NCBI RefSeq assembly: GCF_963921235.1
Contig: NC_086109.1
Span: 6,946,001-7,010,000, forward strand
DNA: 64,000 bases
DNA from: Mobula hypostoma
Taxonomy: Eukaryota
Direction: 5' to 3'
The notes beneath the pieces were generated by a model. The model had not been told where the DNA came from and ran no database searches. It saw nothing but the letters and a program-made list of their open reading frames with translations. Numbering within the stretch: the stretch's first letter is position 1; the number at the start of each line of letters is the position of its first letter. Positions 51,869-64,000 of this stretch are shown here, one piece after another. The translations under genes were made by a program, and so were the position numbers.

Positions 51869-52423
51869 GTTGTTGTTCCTTTCCACACCTTGTGGCGTGT
51901 TGGGTGGCAACCTAGCCGTTTCTTTAGTGTTTCTGTCTGTTTTTTACGAGGCTGAGTTGCTAGCTTGATGCTCAGCCCAGCAGGGATGGAAAGCGTGCAG
52001 GGGCCGGCCCAATTCGAACCTGGGTCCACTCACCTCAAAGTCCAGTGTGGCTGCCACCAACTCAATGCTTTGCATTTGCCTAGCTTGTCCACAAGTTTAT
52101 TCTACAATTCCTGCTGTTTGCCTCAGGTCCCACCTCGCCTACTTTCCATCGAGGATAAACATTAGCAATCTGTATCAGTGGAGGCTGTTATGTTTTGTAA
52201 CATTGAAATGTTAATCTATTTCAAAGGAAGACACAGAAGTCCAGGTCTACAGGGTGTAACTTCGTCTTTACTTTAAGTGAGGTGTGTGTGTACCATGTGA
52301 TATCGTGATGATGTATGCAATTCATGTACTTTTACATATAACCGGTTTCATGAACAAGAATGCTTAGTCAAACATATTTGTTTGATTATTTATTTATTTG
52401 TTATATGTAAAAGTACATGAATT

Positions 52424-52549
52424 GCAAGAATGAAATGATGGGAGCTGAGGTTGACCACATCTGTCATATGTATATATATGTGTATGTGTGTGTATATATA
52501 TACATATGACAGATGTGGTCAACCTTAGCTCCCATCATTCCATTCTTGC
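52424..52549. repeat. Near-perfect hairpin, ~55-bp arms with a TA/TG microsatellite loop
   Basis: The arms differ at two positions by eye. Confidence 0.88.
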
Positions 52550-55500
52550 TGACCCATCATAGAGTCACAGAGTTATACAGCGTGGAAACAGACTCTTGGC
52601 CCAATTCATCCATGCCAACCAAGTTTCATAACTTAAATATACATAACCTGCATGTGTGTAAAATAGACATAATGGTACTGGTGACAGATTGAGGGGTTCC
52701 TCAAGGTTGTCATGGCTGGGGGTAGTAATGGGGACAAGCTCCCACTACCTATTAAATGCTCCCAATGGCGTACGCCTCAAATAGCAAGTCCAGATCCTGG
52801 CCTTCACGTGTGCTTAGCCATTAAGGCCGGCGGAACCATTTCTACTGACAGGAGAAGGGGCAAAGGTGGGTTACTGGCGCCTTAGAACCAGTCACTTTGG
52901 GCAGATGGGGCTTGTCAGTCGCGGTTGGCAGCTCATATAGGAGAAGGAAAACTCCGACCTCAAACTTCTGCTGCCTTGCGACTATACCCGCATGGAGAAA
53001 GCTTCAGGAGCAAACCCTGAGGAAAAATCCAGAGCTGGAGTCCTACGCTGAGGTCAATGCTGACTGGCAACTCCTGCAACGTCGCTGACGTTGAATTGTA
53101 TTGGTCCTTTGGATTCACCAGCTGTGTGGAGAGGGGGAGCCTGCTACACGGGCAACGGCTTGCTGTCTGTACCGTACTGCCCTGGCTTGTGTATCGACCG
53201 AACGTAGACAGCTAGAAAGCAACATCGATGATCAACCCTGCCCAACGGAGAGACCTTTCAGATTGATTGGCGGGAGGGGGGGGGAAACTAAAATATATTC
53301 CGAGGTAGTGTTAGGATTTTTAGGTCAGTTCAAGAAGCTGATGGCAGTGGGGAAGAAGCTATTGTTGAACATTGAGGTGTAGGCTTTCTGGCTCCTGTAC
53401 CTCCTGCCTGATGGCAGCATCGAGAAGGTGGTATATCTTGGATGGTCGGGGGTCCCTGCTGATGGATGTCACCTTCCCGTCAATACATCTTCCATACATC
53501 TTCCAGTCAAGGTGGCGCCAGTGTTCAATGCTCCCTTGGTCGACATCTTTCAGATGGCAAACGAAAGATCCCTTTTACGTCTGTTTTTTTCATCTTAATT
53601 ATGTTTCTGGGACTGTCACAGTTTGAGTGACCCAGCGCTTTGCTGTCTCCAAGGAGATTCAGGGAAGTGTGTGCGTGCTGGGACGGCCCTGATGTGCAGA
53701 AACTTCGAGACCAGGTGTGAGTCAATGTTCGACTCCATTTTGCTGTTTAATTGCCGATTAAAGCACCAAGGAAGATTGAGACATCGAGGCGAATGCAGAA
53801 GGCGAACGAGATTCCTGCCCGTTGATTGCTGTCGGTTAAGGGGTCTGTGAGCGGCCTATCGCTGTGTGGCTCACTGTGGCAGGCAGGTAGGCCTCTCTGC
53901 CTCGCGTTGTGTCCATCTCTCCTGATGAATATCGTAGGATGCTATCATGGTTCTGCATTTATCGATTAGACAATTGCATTTATGGACAGTGGACTTTTTT
54001 CAGATTTATGGTTTTTATATTCTGTGTTTTTATCACCTGTTCCTTTTCTGATTTATTTTGTGAGGGGAGGTTGTTTGGGGCGGGGGGTTGATGTTCTGTT
54101 AGTTTTTTATGCAGTGGAGGGGTTGTTTTTTTGGGGGGGTGATGGTCCTCCTCTGTTTCGTGCATGGGGGGGGGTGATGATCGGGATGCCATTCTTTTTT
54201 GTTTGGTGGGGGGTGGGTCTGATGTTTGTCTCTGAACGAATTTCATGTTCTTTCTTTGTTTCGTGGCTATCTGGAGGAGACAGATTTCAGGGTTGTATTG
54301 GGATACATGCTTTGATTAGAAATGGACCTTTGAACCTGAGTCATGGCCTCCTCTATATGTTCATTATGGTGGGGAGAGCTTTACCCGTGATGGAATTGAT
54401 GGGTCCACAACTCTTTGTACCCTCTTGCATTCCCGCGCATTGGAGTTCCCATATCAGGCAGTGATGCCACTAGTCAGAATGTCTTCCACTGCATTTCTGT
54501 AGAAAGTTTACAAGAAACACTACCAAAAGAAAACAGCATTCTTCATCAAGGACAATCCCCTCCAACCCCCCCTCCCCCAACAATCCAGGTCATGCTTTCT
54601 TCTCATTACAACCATCGGGAAGGTGTTACGGGAGCCGTTGGTCCCACACCACCAGGTTCAGGAACAGCTATTACCTTCAACCATCGGGCTCCCGAACCAG
54701 TGTGGAAAACTTCACTCACCTCAACTCTGAACTGATTCCACAACCTACAGACTCACTTTCAGAACTCAACAACTCATGTTCTAAGTATTATTTATCTTTT
54801 ATTTGTACTGTTTCTCTTCTTTTGCACATTATTTGTCAGTCTTTGTTTATGTATAGTTTTCCATAAATTCTATTGCACTTCTTTATTTTCCTGCAAATGT
54901 CTGTAAGAAAATGAATCCTAGGATTGTATATGGACACATATCGTGCTTTGATATTAAATATACTTTGAACATTTGAACTTTGACAGAGTCTTTGATGACA
55001 TGCCGAATTCCTGTAAAATTCTAAGGAAGTAGAGAGGCTGGACCGTCTTCATCGATGTGCTGACTTCAGGTCACCCATCTGAATATCACCTTGGTTTGTT
55101 ACTTGGAGTTGTTAGCAGTGGTTCTAAACACACCGAGGTGGGCCAACTCCTGTACGTTCTAATCCACTGCGGTTGCTGGGCCCAATATGATGGAGGGGGT
55201 TGCGGTGTGCAGCCAATACTGTCACACAGAGTGCTTGAGACCATGGTGAACCTTTCCCTGGAGCATCGATGCATGGATAGCGAGAATCTGGCCTCCACTC
55301 TTCTCTTTCCTGGCAACTTTCCAAGCACATATCACGTCGGAAAAGGAATGTGGCTGAACATTAATTGCAATCGGTATTGGAATTGGTTTATTATTGTCAC
55401 ATGTACCGAGACGCGGTGAAAAGCTTGTCTGTCCTGCCGAAGGGTTTTGGACTGAAATGTCGACTGTACTCTTTTCCGTCGATGTTGCCTGGCCTGCTGA

Positions 55501-57494
55501 GTTCCTCCAGCGTTTTGTGTGTGTTGCTCTGGATTTCCAGAGTCTGCAGATTTTCTCTTGTTTGTGGAAGGCTTGTCTTGCACACTGTTCGTACTGGCTG
55601 GCCAGTGGTGTGGTGGTATCAGTACAGGACTTTGAGGCAAATGGTCCTGGGTTCGGATCCAGCCGGCCCCTTGCACGCTTTCGATCCATGTTAAAAAACA
55701 GACAAACACTGAAGAAATGGCAAGGGTACTGCCCGAGGTGCAGAGGGGAACAACAATACCGTTCATCCAGATCAAATCATTACTCAATAATAACAATGCA
55801 GAAAGTGCAGTGCAAGATTGTGAGGTCAAGCCTCAATCTTATCATATGAGGAACCATTTAATACTCTTATTACAGTGGGGTAAAAGCTGTCCTTGAGCCT
55901 CATGGTATGTGCTTTCAGACTTTTCTCTCTCTCGCCTGGTGGGAGAGAGATACTGGAAATGAGAATGACCAGGGCGGATGGGGTCAAACAGGAGAAAATC
56001 TGCAGATGCTGGAAATCCAAAGCAACACAGACAAAATGCTGGAGGAACTCAGCAGGCCAGGCAGCATCTGTGGAAAAGAGTAAACAGTCGGTGTTTCGGG
56101 CCAGAGTCCTGCTGACGGGTCTGAGCGCGAAATGATGACTGCTCTTCTCCATAGATGCTGCCTGAGCTGAGTTTCTCCAGCATGCTGTCTGCACTTCTTT
56201 GATCATGCTGGATGCTTTACCGAGGCAGTGCTGAAGTGTAGATAGAGTTGATGGAGGGGAGGCTGGTTCCTTTGATGTGCTGAAATGGGTCCGCAGCTCA
56301 ATGTAGTTTCTTGTGGTCACGTGTAGAGCACTTGCTGTACCAAGTCATAATGGATTCGGATTGGATGCATCCTATGGTGTATAATGAAAATGAGCAAGGG
56401 TTGATGAGGACATCCCAAGTTCTGTTAGTCTCCTCAGGAGGCAGAGGCATTGTCGAGCTTTCTTGGCCGTGGCAAAAGTTCAGAAAGCATCTGACAACGC
56501 CTCTCAGTTTCAGATCCAAGTCCTGAATCTTTGTGCTGTGAATTTACTGAAAATAAGCACAGGTATTTATGATTATTCAAACAAAAATATCACCCAGAAG
56601 GCGTGCTTCCCCAAAAACATTTCCGACTGGTTGCAAAAACAACTGAGGTCACCCCAGAGGCAAATCTGAGCATGCTGAAGTCGAACAAGTGAATGCAATG
56701 GAAACTCAATTGCATTTATTAAAAATATGGCTGCGTAATCAGCTTTTTCCAGTGAAAATGTTTATCCAGGGCCAAAGTAGGTCATGTTGGAAACAAGGCT
56801 GTATGAGCTGAGCCAGAGTATCTGGTTCCAAAGATAACAGCTCAGTCTTAAAGAATGAAACAATACTCAGACCCATTTACTTATTTTTTATTGCTTTCCT
56901 TGCCAAGTGTCATATCTCCCTCCCTGCCCAATGGTGCTGTGTACCTAGGTAACAACTTGATAAATGCTGACAGCCTTTCTGAACGCCCATAGTTCAAGAT
57001 AATCAAGGGCAGATTAGTAAATTGAGTTTTTATTTAAGTTCAAAGAAGTTGTGACGTCCAAGTTTTTTACAAAGGGGTTGGTGGGAGCATGGAACATGCT
57101 GCCCGGGGAGGTTGAGGCAAATACATTAAGGACTTTTAAGAGGGATTTAGATAGGCACGTGAATGTGAGGAAAATGGAAGGAAATGGACATTGTGTAGGC
57201 AGAAAGGATTAGTTTTGCTGGCCACTTGATTACTAATTTAACTACCTATGTATCCAAGGCATCTTCAACAAGCGATGTCTCAAAAAGGTGGCATCCATCA
57301 TTAGGGACCACCCCCCACCCCACCACCCAGGACATGCCCTCTTCTCACTGTTACCATCAGGAAGGAGGTACAGAAGCCTGAAGGCACACACTCAATGATT
57401 CAGGAACAGCTTCTTCCCCTCTGCCATCCGATTCCTGAATGGACATTGAAACCATCAAAGTCCAAAGTTCAAAGTTCAAAGAAAAAGTTATTAT

Positions 57495-58905
57495 CCAGCT
57501 ACATCTCCTCAAACTCCGAATGAAATACAGCCGCTGTCTTGCCTTCTTTATAGAAATGCTGGGACCAGGTTCGTTCCTCAGAGATATTAGCACCCACGAA
57601 CTTGAAATTGCTCACCCTCTCCACTTCTGATCCCTCTCTGAGGACTGGTGTGTGTGTTCCCTCAACTTACTCTTTCTGAAGTCCCCAATCAGCTCTTTGG
57701 TCTTACTGATGTTGAGTGCAAGGTTGTTGCTTCGACTTCACTCATCTAGCTAGTATATCTTGTTCTTGTACGCCCTCTCATCACCATTTGAGATTCTGCC
57801 AACAGTGGCTGTATCAACGGTAAATTTAAAGATGACACTTGAGCTGTGCCTAGCCACGTCATCGAGGGTGCAGAGAGAGTAGAGCAGTGGGCTAAGCACA
57901 CAGCCCTGAGGTGGGCCAGCGTTGATTGTCTGTGAGGTGGAGAAGTTATTACCAATCTGCGCAGATTGTGGTCTTCCATTTAGGAAGTCGAGGATCCAGT
58001 TGCAGAGGGAGGTACAGAGACCTAGGTTCTGTAGTCTTCTGATCAGAACTGAAGGAGTGATGGTGTCAAATGCTGAACTGTAGTCAATAAACAACATCCT
58101 AGGTATTTGTGTTATCCAGGAGATCCAAGACCACATGGAGATTGTGTCTGCCGTAGACCTGTTGTGGTGGTAGGCAGATTGCAATGGGCTCAGGTCCTTG
58201 CTCAGGCAGAAACTGCTGTTAAGCCTTGACCAACCTCTCAAAGCACTTCATCACTGTAGACGTGAGAGCAACTGGGCGATAGTCATTAAGGCAGTTCACC
58301 CTGCTCTTGGGCACTGGTATAATTGTTCCCCTTTTGAAGCAGGCCGGAACTTCCGACTGTAGCAGTGAGAGATTGAAAATGTCTTTGAACTTCCCTGCCA
58401 GCTGGTTGGCACAATTTTTCAGAGCCTTACCAGGTACTCCGTCCATCGGGGCCTGCCACTTTGTGAGGGCCCATCCTCCAGAAAGACAGCCTAACATCGG
58501 CCACCGAGACAGAGATCACCGGGTCACCGGGTGCAGCAGGGATCCTGATAGCTGTAGTTATATTCTCCCTTTCAAAGCAAGCATAGCCAGCATTGAGCTC
58601 ACCTGGGAGTGGCGCGGCACGGCCGTTCGTGACGCTGGGATTCATTTTGCAGGAAGTTATGGCCTGCAAAGCCTTCCGGAGCTGTCGTGCTTTCGACGTC
58701 GCCTCCAGCCTCGCTCGGAATTGTTTCTTCACTCTTGAAGTAGCCCTTCGCAAACCATACCTGGCTTTCTGGTACAGACCTGGGTCGCCAGACTTGAATG
58801 CCACAGATCCAGCCCTCAGCAGACTACGACCCTCCTTGTCCATCCACGGCTTTTGACTTGGGTATGCACGGTATGTTCTCGTGGGTACACAATCATCCAC
58901 ACAGT
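57495..58905 (-). mobile_element. Rex1/Babar LINE RT fragment (frameshifted)
   Basis: [49 protein letters not shown] and KF.VDT across three frames. Confidence 0.88.
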
Positions 58906-59580
58906 ACTTAACAGAAGTGGAGAGAGTGAGCAATTTCAAGTTCCAGCATGTCAATGCTGCTGAAGATCCATCCTGGTCCCAATATATCAACGTAGCTGCA
59001 AAGGAGGTACAACAGCAGCTATATTTCATTTGGAGTTAGAGGAGATTTGGTATGTCACCAAAGATAGTCGCAAATTTCTACAGGTGTACTGTGGAAAGCA
59101 TTCTCACCGGCTGCATCGCTGACTAGCATGGGGCGGGGAGCCGGGGCAGAGAGTTGCAAACTTAGTCAGCCCCATCATGGGCACTAGCCTCCGGAGCATC
59201 CAGGACATCTTCAAGGAGCAATGCCTCAAAAAGGTGGTATTCACCATTAAGGACCCCCATCACCCACGACATGCTCTGCTCCCATTGCTAACATCAGGAA
59301 GGAGGTAAAGGAGTCTATTGGCACACACTCAACGACTCAGGGACAACTTCTTCCCCTCTGCCATCCAATTCCTGAATGGACATTGAACCCATGAACACTA
59401 CCTCACTACTTTTTTATTTCCATTTTTGCACTACTTACTTAATTTAATGATTTAATATAAAGAATACTTGCAGCAATTCACAGTTTTTTCTCTATTATTA
59501 TGTGTTGCATTGTACTGCTGCCACAAAGACAACAAATCTCATGACATTTGGCAGTGACATTAAGCCGGATTCTGATTCTA
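58906..59580 (+). mobile_element. Rex1-like LINE 3' end in opposite orientation, with (GATTCT)n tail
   Basis: EVERVSNFKF-like start and decayed ORF tail shared with many fragments in the window (20040, 41930, 51150, 57250). Confidence 0.65.
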
Positions 59581-59594
59581 ATTCATGTAAACAT

Positions 59595-60062
59595 GGTTGA
59601 AAGAGTACAGAGAAAACTTATAAGGATGTTACCGGGTCTGGAGGACCTGCGGTATAAGGAAATATTTAATAGGTTAGGACTGTATTCTTTATAACTTAGA
59701 AGATTGAGGGGAGATTTGATAGAGGTATACAAAATTATGAGGAGTGAAGATAGGGTTTTTCCACTGACGTTGGGTGGGACGACAACCGGGGGTCATGGGT
59801 TAAGGGTGAAAGGTGAGATGTTTAAAGGGAACGTGAGGGGAAACTTCTTCACTCGGAGGGTTGTGAGAGTATGGAATGAGCTGCCAGCACAAGTGTTGCT
59901 TGCAAGTTTGATTTCAATGTTTAAGAGAAGTTTGGATAGTAGGGGTATGGCAGGCTATGGTTCCAGTGCAGGTCATTGGTAGGAGGCAGTTTCAATGGTT
60001 TCGTCATGAACTAGATGGGCCAAGTGGCCTGTTTCTGTGCTGTACTTCTCTATGACTCTGTG
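59595..60062 (+). mobile_element. CR1 LINE 3' fragment
   Basis: LRGDLIEVYKIM...NFFTRRVVRVWNELP and a (CTATGACT)-type tail. Confidence 0.8.
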
Positions 60063-61519
60063 ACTTTACGCCTTGTAATTGCTGTGAGAGAGAGAGATAA
60101 ATACAAATTTTCTCGTTTCCTGTGAACACCTGTAAGAAATGAATCTCAGGGTACTATATATATATCTTGATAATAAATTTACTTTGAACTTTGAACTTTA
60201 AAACTAATTATCTGGTTACAAGAGAAGGAGGAGTGAGTAATGGTTACCTGAAACCGTTGAGTCAGGAAGACTTTTCTTCGGGGCCTGGATGGAATCCAAG
60301 TGGTCAGTGTGGGAGTGAGGGGGAATTAAAGCAGTGGGCTGGTGGGGAGTTGGGAGCCATTCATACAGACCGAACACAAATTCTCTTTAATAGTATCCAA
60401 TCTGCAGTTAGTTTGGTCTCCTGTGGCGTAGATCACAGTAAAAAATAAATAGGCCTTTATTTCTGAAGTAATGTTATTGCACTACAGCTGGAAAACTCTA
60501 TCCAACGAAGAGTGAAACGAGAACACATGGGGTTTGTGGTTTCCCTGTTCTGCTGAACCAAGTCAGCGATGCAGTACATGTTTATCGAGGGAGGTGTTGT
60601 TGTACAACTGGTTGGGGCCGGATGTGGTGAGGACTTGTTGCACTACCACAGAGCAGCTGACGGTGTTACCAGAACGTGGCTTCTGCAGCGACCTTGTCTA
60701 TAACTTGCAATTCTATGAAAATGCAGCTACATTTACAATCAGCAGGCCTATCGCTGAGACTTTGTGTGTAAGATTGAAACCAGTTGTGGGTGTGATGTCC
60801 CATGCATCTGAACAGGATGTTTGAACATTTATGGCAAGAGACGCTCTACTAATTTGTAAACAGAAGATGTTTGATGATTGTATCAGGCATGTATCAAAGA
60901 TGCCAACACAAGAAAATCAGCAGATGCTGGAAATCAAAAGCAACACACACAAAATGCTGGAGGAACTCAGTAGGTCAGGCTGCATCTATGGAAAAGAATA
61001 AACAGATGACATTTGGGGCTGAGACCCTTCTTCAGGGCTCCTGATGAAGGGTCTCGGATGGAAACGTCGACTGTTTACTTTTTTCCATGTATTAAAGTTG
61101 TTTTTAACAAATTACCTGCTTCAGCACCTTTAGATTTGAGGGTGTGTAGAATGATTGGGCATGGAACTGGTGGACTGACAAGTGGTAGAATAAAATCAGA
61201 CAAGAATAGCAACTGCAATAACAATCAATTCCAATTAAATAGCACCCTTACCATCGCAAAAATAGTTTAAAAAGTACAATAAAAAAAACCGACGCAGCGA
61301 ATGGAGAAGAAGGTGCCTGAAAGAGGCAGGAAAGATTAGGGACGGAATTTCAGCTTTGTTCTAAATGGCAGAGTGGAAGAAGTCAGAAACAACTATGTTC
61401 TCAGTATTATTTACGTACTTATTTATTTCAAGTTTATTGTCTTTCAACCATACACATGCATACAGCCAAATGAAACAACGCTCGTCTGAGGCCAAAGTGC
61501 AAAACACAGTAGATATAGT

Positions 61520-61900
61520 CACAGAAAGTACATATAGTCATACACACAGTACATACAGTCACAAACAGCACATACAGTCACACACAGCACATACAGTCAC
61601 ACACAGTACATACAGTCACAACCAGCACACAGTCACACACAGTACATACAGTCACAAACAGCACATACAGTCACACACAGCACATACAGTCAGACACAGC
61701 ACATACAGTCACACACAGCACATACAGTCAGACACAGCACATACAGTCAGACACAGCACATACAGTCACAAACAGCACATACAGTCACACACAGCACATA
61801 CAGTCACACACAGTACATACAGTCACACACAGCACATACAGTCACACACAGTACATACAGTCACACACAGCACATACAGTTATGGTCCAGCACATACAGC
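61520..61900. repeat. Minisatellite, same ~19-bp unit as 165-755
   Basis: Tandem ACAGTCACACACAGCACAT variants. Confidence 0.9.
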
Positions 61901-64000
61901 CATAAAATAATATTAGGCCAAGTCCCTGAGAGGCATGGCCTGAAGGTTGACATGAAATGGGAGGAGCATGTTTGTGTGAGACAGTGTAATGTGACTGGAA
62001 CTGTTATAATAAAGCAAACAGTCATATAAATATGTGAAACAGTGGCAATAAAAGATGGAAGATGTCCAATGCAGGATGAGAGTGTGTCTGTGATTTGGGG
62101 AGTCGGTGGGGGAAGGATGGCAGTGGCTTCAGACAGGGTGTACATGTGCGCTGGCCGGCAGCAGTGGGTTCTTTATTTCTGTTGTTATTATTTATTTTTT
62201 CTCAGCTCAATCCAATAAAACCTGAGGTACAGGCATAGCCAAGCACACTCATTTCTCTATTGCTAGGAACCTTTGGACTATTCTAGTGGTGTTTAATATT
62301 GTGGCTTTCTGAAGATTGACATAGATATTACTGTGTAGGCCTGATTGTTTAATGTTATTGTGTTGTGCCTTTGGGATGATACCAGTTGTAGATATTACTA
62401 TCGGGACAATGTATATCCTGTTCATATTCCATAGTCTTTCAATTTCCTCTTTTCATTCAGCATATTTCTGGTCTGTTTCACGTACTGATTTCTGTCTTTT
62501 ATGTGTGTTTGGAATGGCTATATCTATTAAGTAAGTTGTTCTTGCTAGTTTATCCTGTAATATCTGGAAGGTTCTTATGGATTGTCCTATCAGTAATAAC
62601 TGATCAGTTGTAATTCAGTCTGTGGTATTCTGTCTCTAAATCTGGATCAGGCTTGTATTTATAATATTATTATTATTATTTGTTTTTTTTGAATTTGTAC
62701 AGTTTGTCTTATTTTGCATATTGGTTGTTTCTCAGTCGTTTTTCATTGATCCTATTGTGCTTCTTTGTTCTACTGTGAATGTCTGCAAGAAAATGAATCT
62801 GAGGGTTGTTTATAGTGACGTATAAGCACTTTGAACTTTGAGCCAGCTGGCTGAAACTGAAGGATTGCTGAGAATCTGGGGAAGATGGTGAGGGTGGAGG
62901 GACGTGGCGAAATAGGGAGGGGAATAGTGGGCGATACAAAAAGTGAATATATGAAGGTCAAACCAATGTTTAACTGGGAGATAAAGTAGGTCAACAATAG
63001 GGGTGTGTTGCGGACAGGATGGTGTGGGTTAGACCACGGGTCAGAAATGGTGAGGATTCTGCCTGCTTCTGAAGGCTTAACGCCTTTGATTTGAGCGTTG
63101 ACCTTTGAGCGATGCTGAATTCAGAGTATATGTGACATTATAAATAGGTACACCTACACTGAGCATCACTTTATGTAAATACAATCAGTCTATGTACTGT
63201 GCAAAAATCTCAGGCACTATTTATAGCTAGACTTTTGCACAGTTCTGTAGTAATGTTATGTACTGCACTGTACTGCTGCTGTAAAAAAATCCACAAATTT
63301 CATGACACATGTGAAACCCCGCTGGTTTCCTTGCCTGTGTAAGTCTAGGGAATACCCAAACTCCGGTCCTGCCAAACCCGTGAGGTCGGAACGGCTCTCC
63401 CATCCCAAACCCTGGTTTGTGTGGACGCTGTGCAATTTGCTTCCCTGTTACAACTCAGTGCCAAGAAATAACAGACAGCACACTGCATACAATTAAGGAT
63501 TTATATTTATGAATCTTAACTTAACTAAAAGGTTAGTAAAGGAAAGTATGAAAAAAACAAAAAGGGCCCATTATAATTAAACAGTCAAATGTGCATAAGT
63601 TGGAGCTCAACTCTTCAAAAAGTACTCACTGATCCTCAGTAGAACCTGGCACTTCGCTCCATCGAATCACAGGCCCCCTACCGGTTCTCTCCAGCGTCTT
63701 CTCTCTTCATCTCCCGCCGAAAACAAAAAAAAAAGCCAAGACCAACCTTAGTGTCCCTCACAAAACCTCCCAGTTCCACCATCCTAATTGGATGACACAC
63801 CTTCCTCAGCATCCCTTATCTTCAACGATAACCCAAACAGGCTGAAAGCAGAACGGACAGCTCTCACAGAAATGCCAACATGAAATACGTACAGCATAGC
63901 GGTAAGAATGTGAACAAATGTGAACATATGTGAGTGATTCTGATACGGGTCTCTATTGTGGACTGAGAATGGGAGGGGGGGCAGGGAGAGGGGAATCATG

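Overview
Repeat-dense eukaryotic genomic DNA. The repeat landscape (CR1 LINEs, V-SINEs, Penelope-type termini, Rex1) and the gene suggest a vertebrate, most likely a cartilaginous fish such as a ray; this is inference. The only confidently identifiable host gene is a two-exon BTG-family gene, most like BTG2 (+ strand, CDS 9166-9277 joined to 10173-10504, 147 aa). It has a compact CRE/CCAAT/TATA promoter and a 3'UTR running to about 11270. Most of the rest is transposable-element material: a nearly intact CR1 ORF2, nested CR1s, Rex1/Babar fragments, an internally deleted hAT, Tc1 remnants, a solo LTR, SINEs, MITEs and satellites. Two signals stand out. (1) About 25 dispersed copies of a Penelope-like-element terminal repeat carry a minimal type I hammerhead ribozyme motif, and many sit as fold-back inverted pairs. 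(2) A Tc1 fragment closely resembles the salmonid Sleeping Beauty right IR/DR and transposase C-terminus, making it a horizontal-transfer candidate. All similarity calls were made by eye or from memory; no database search was run.
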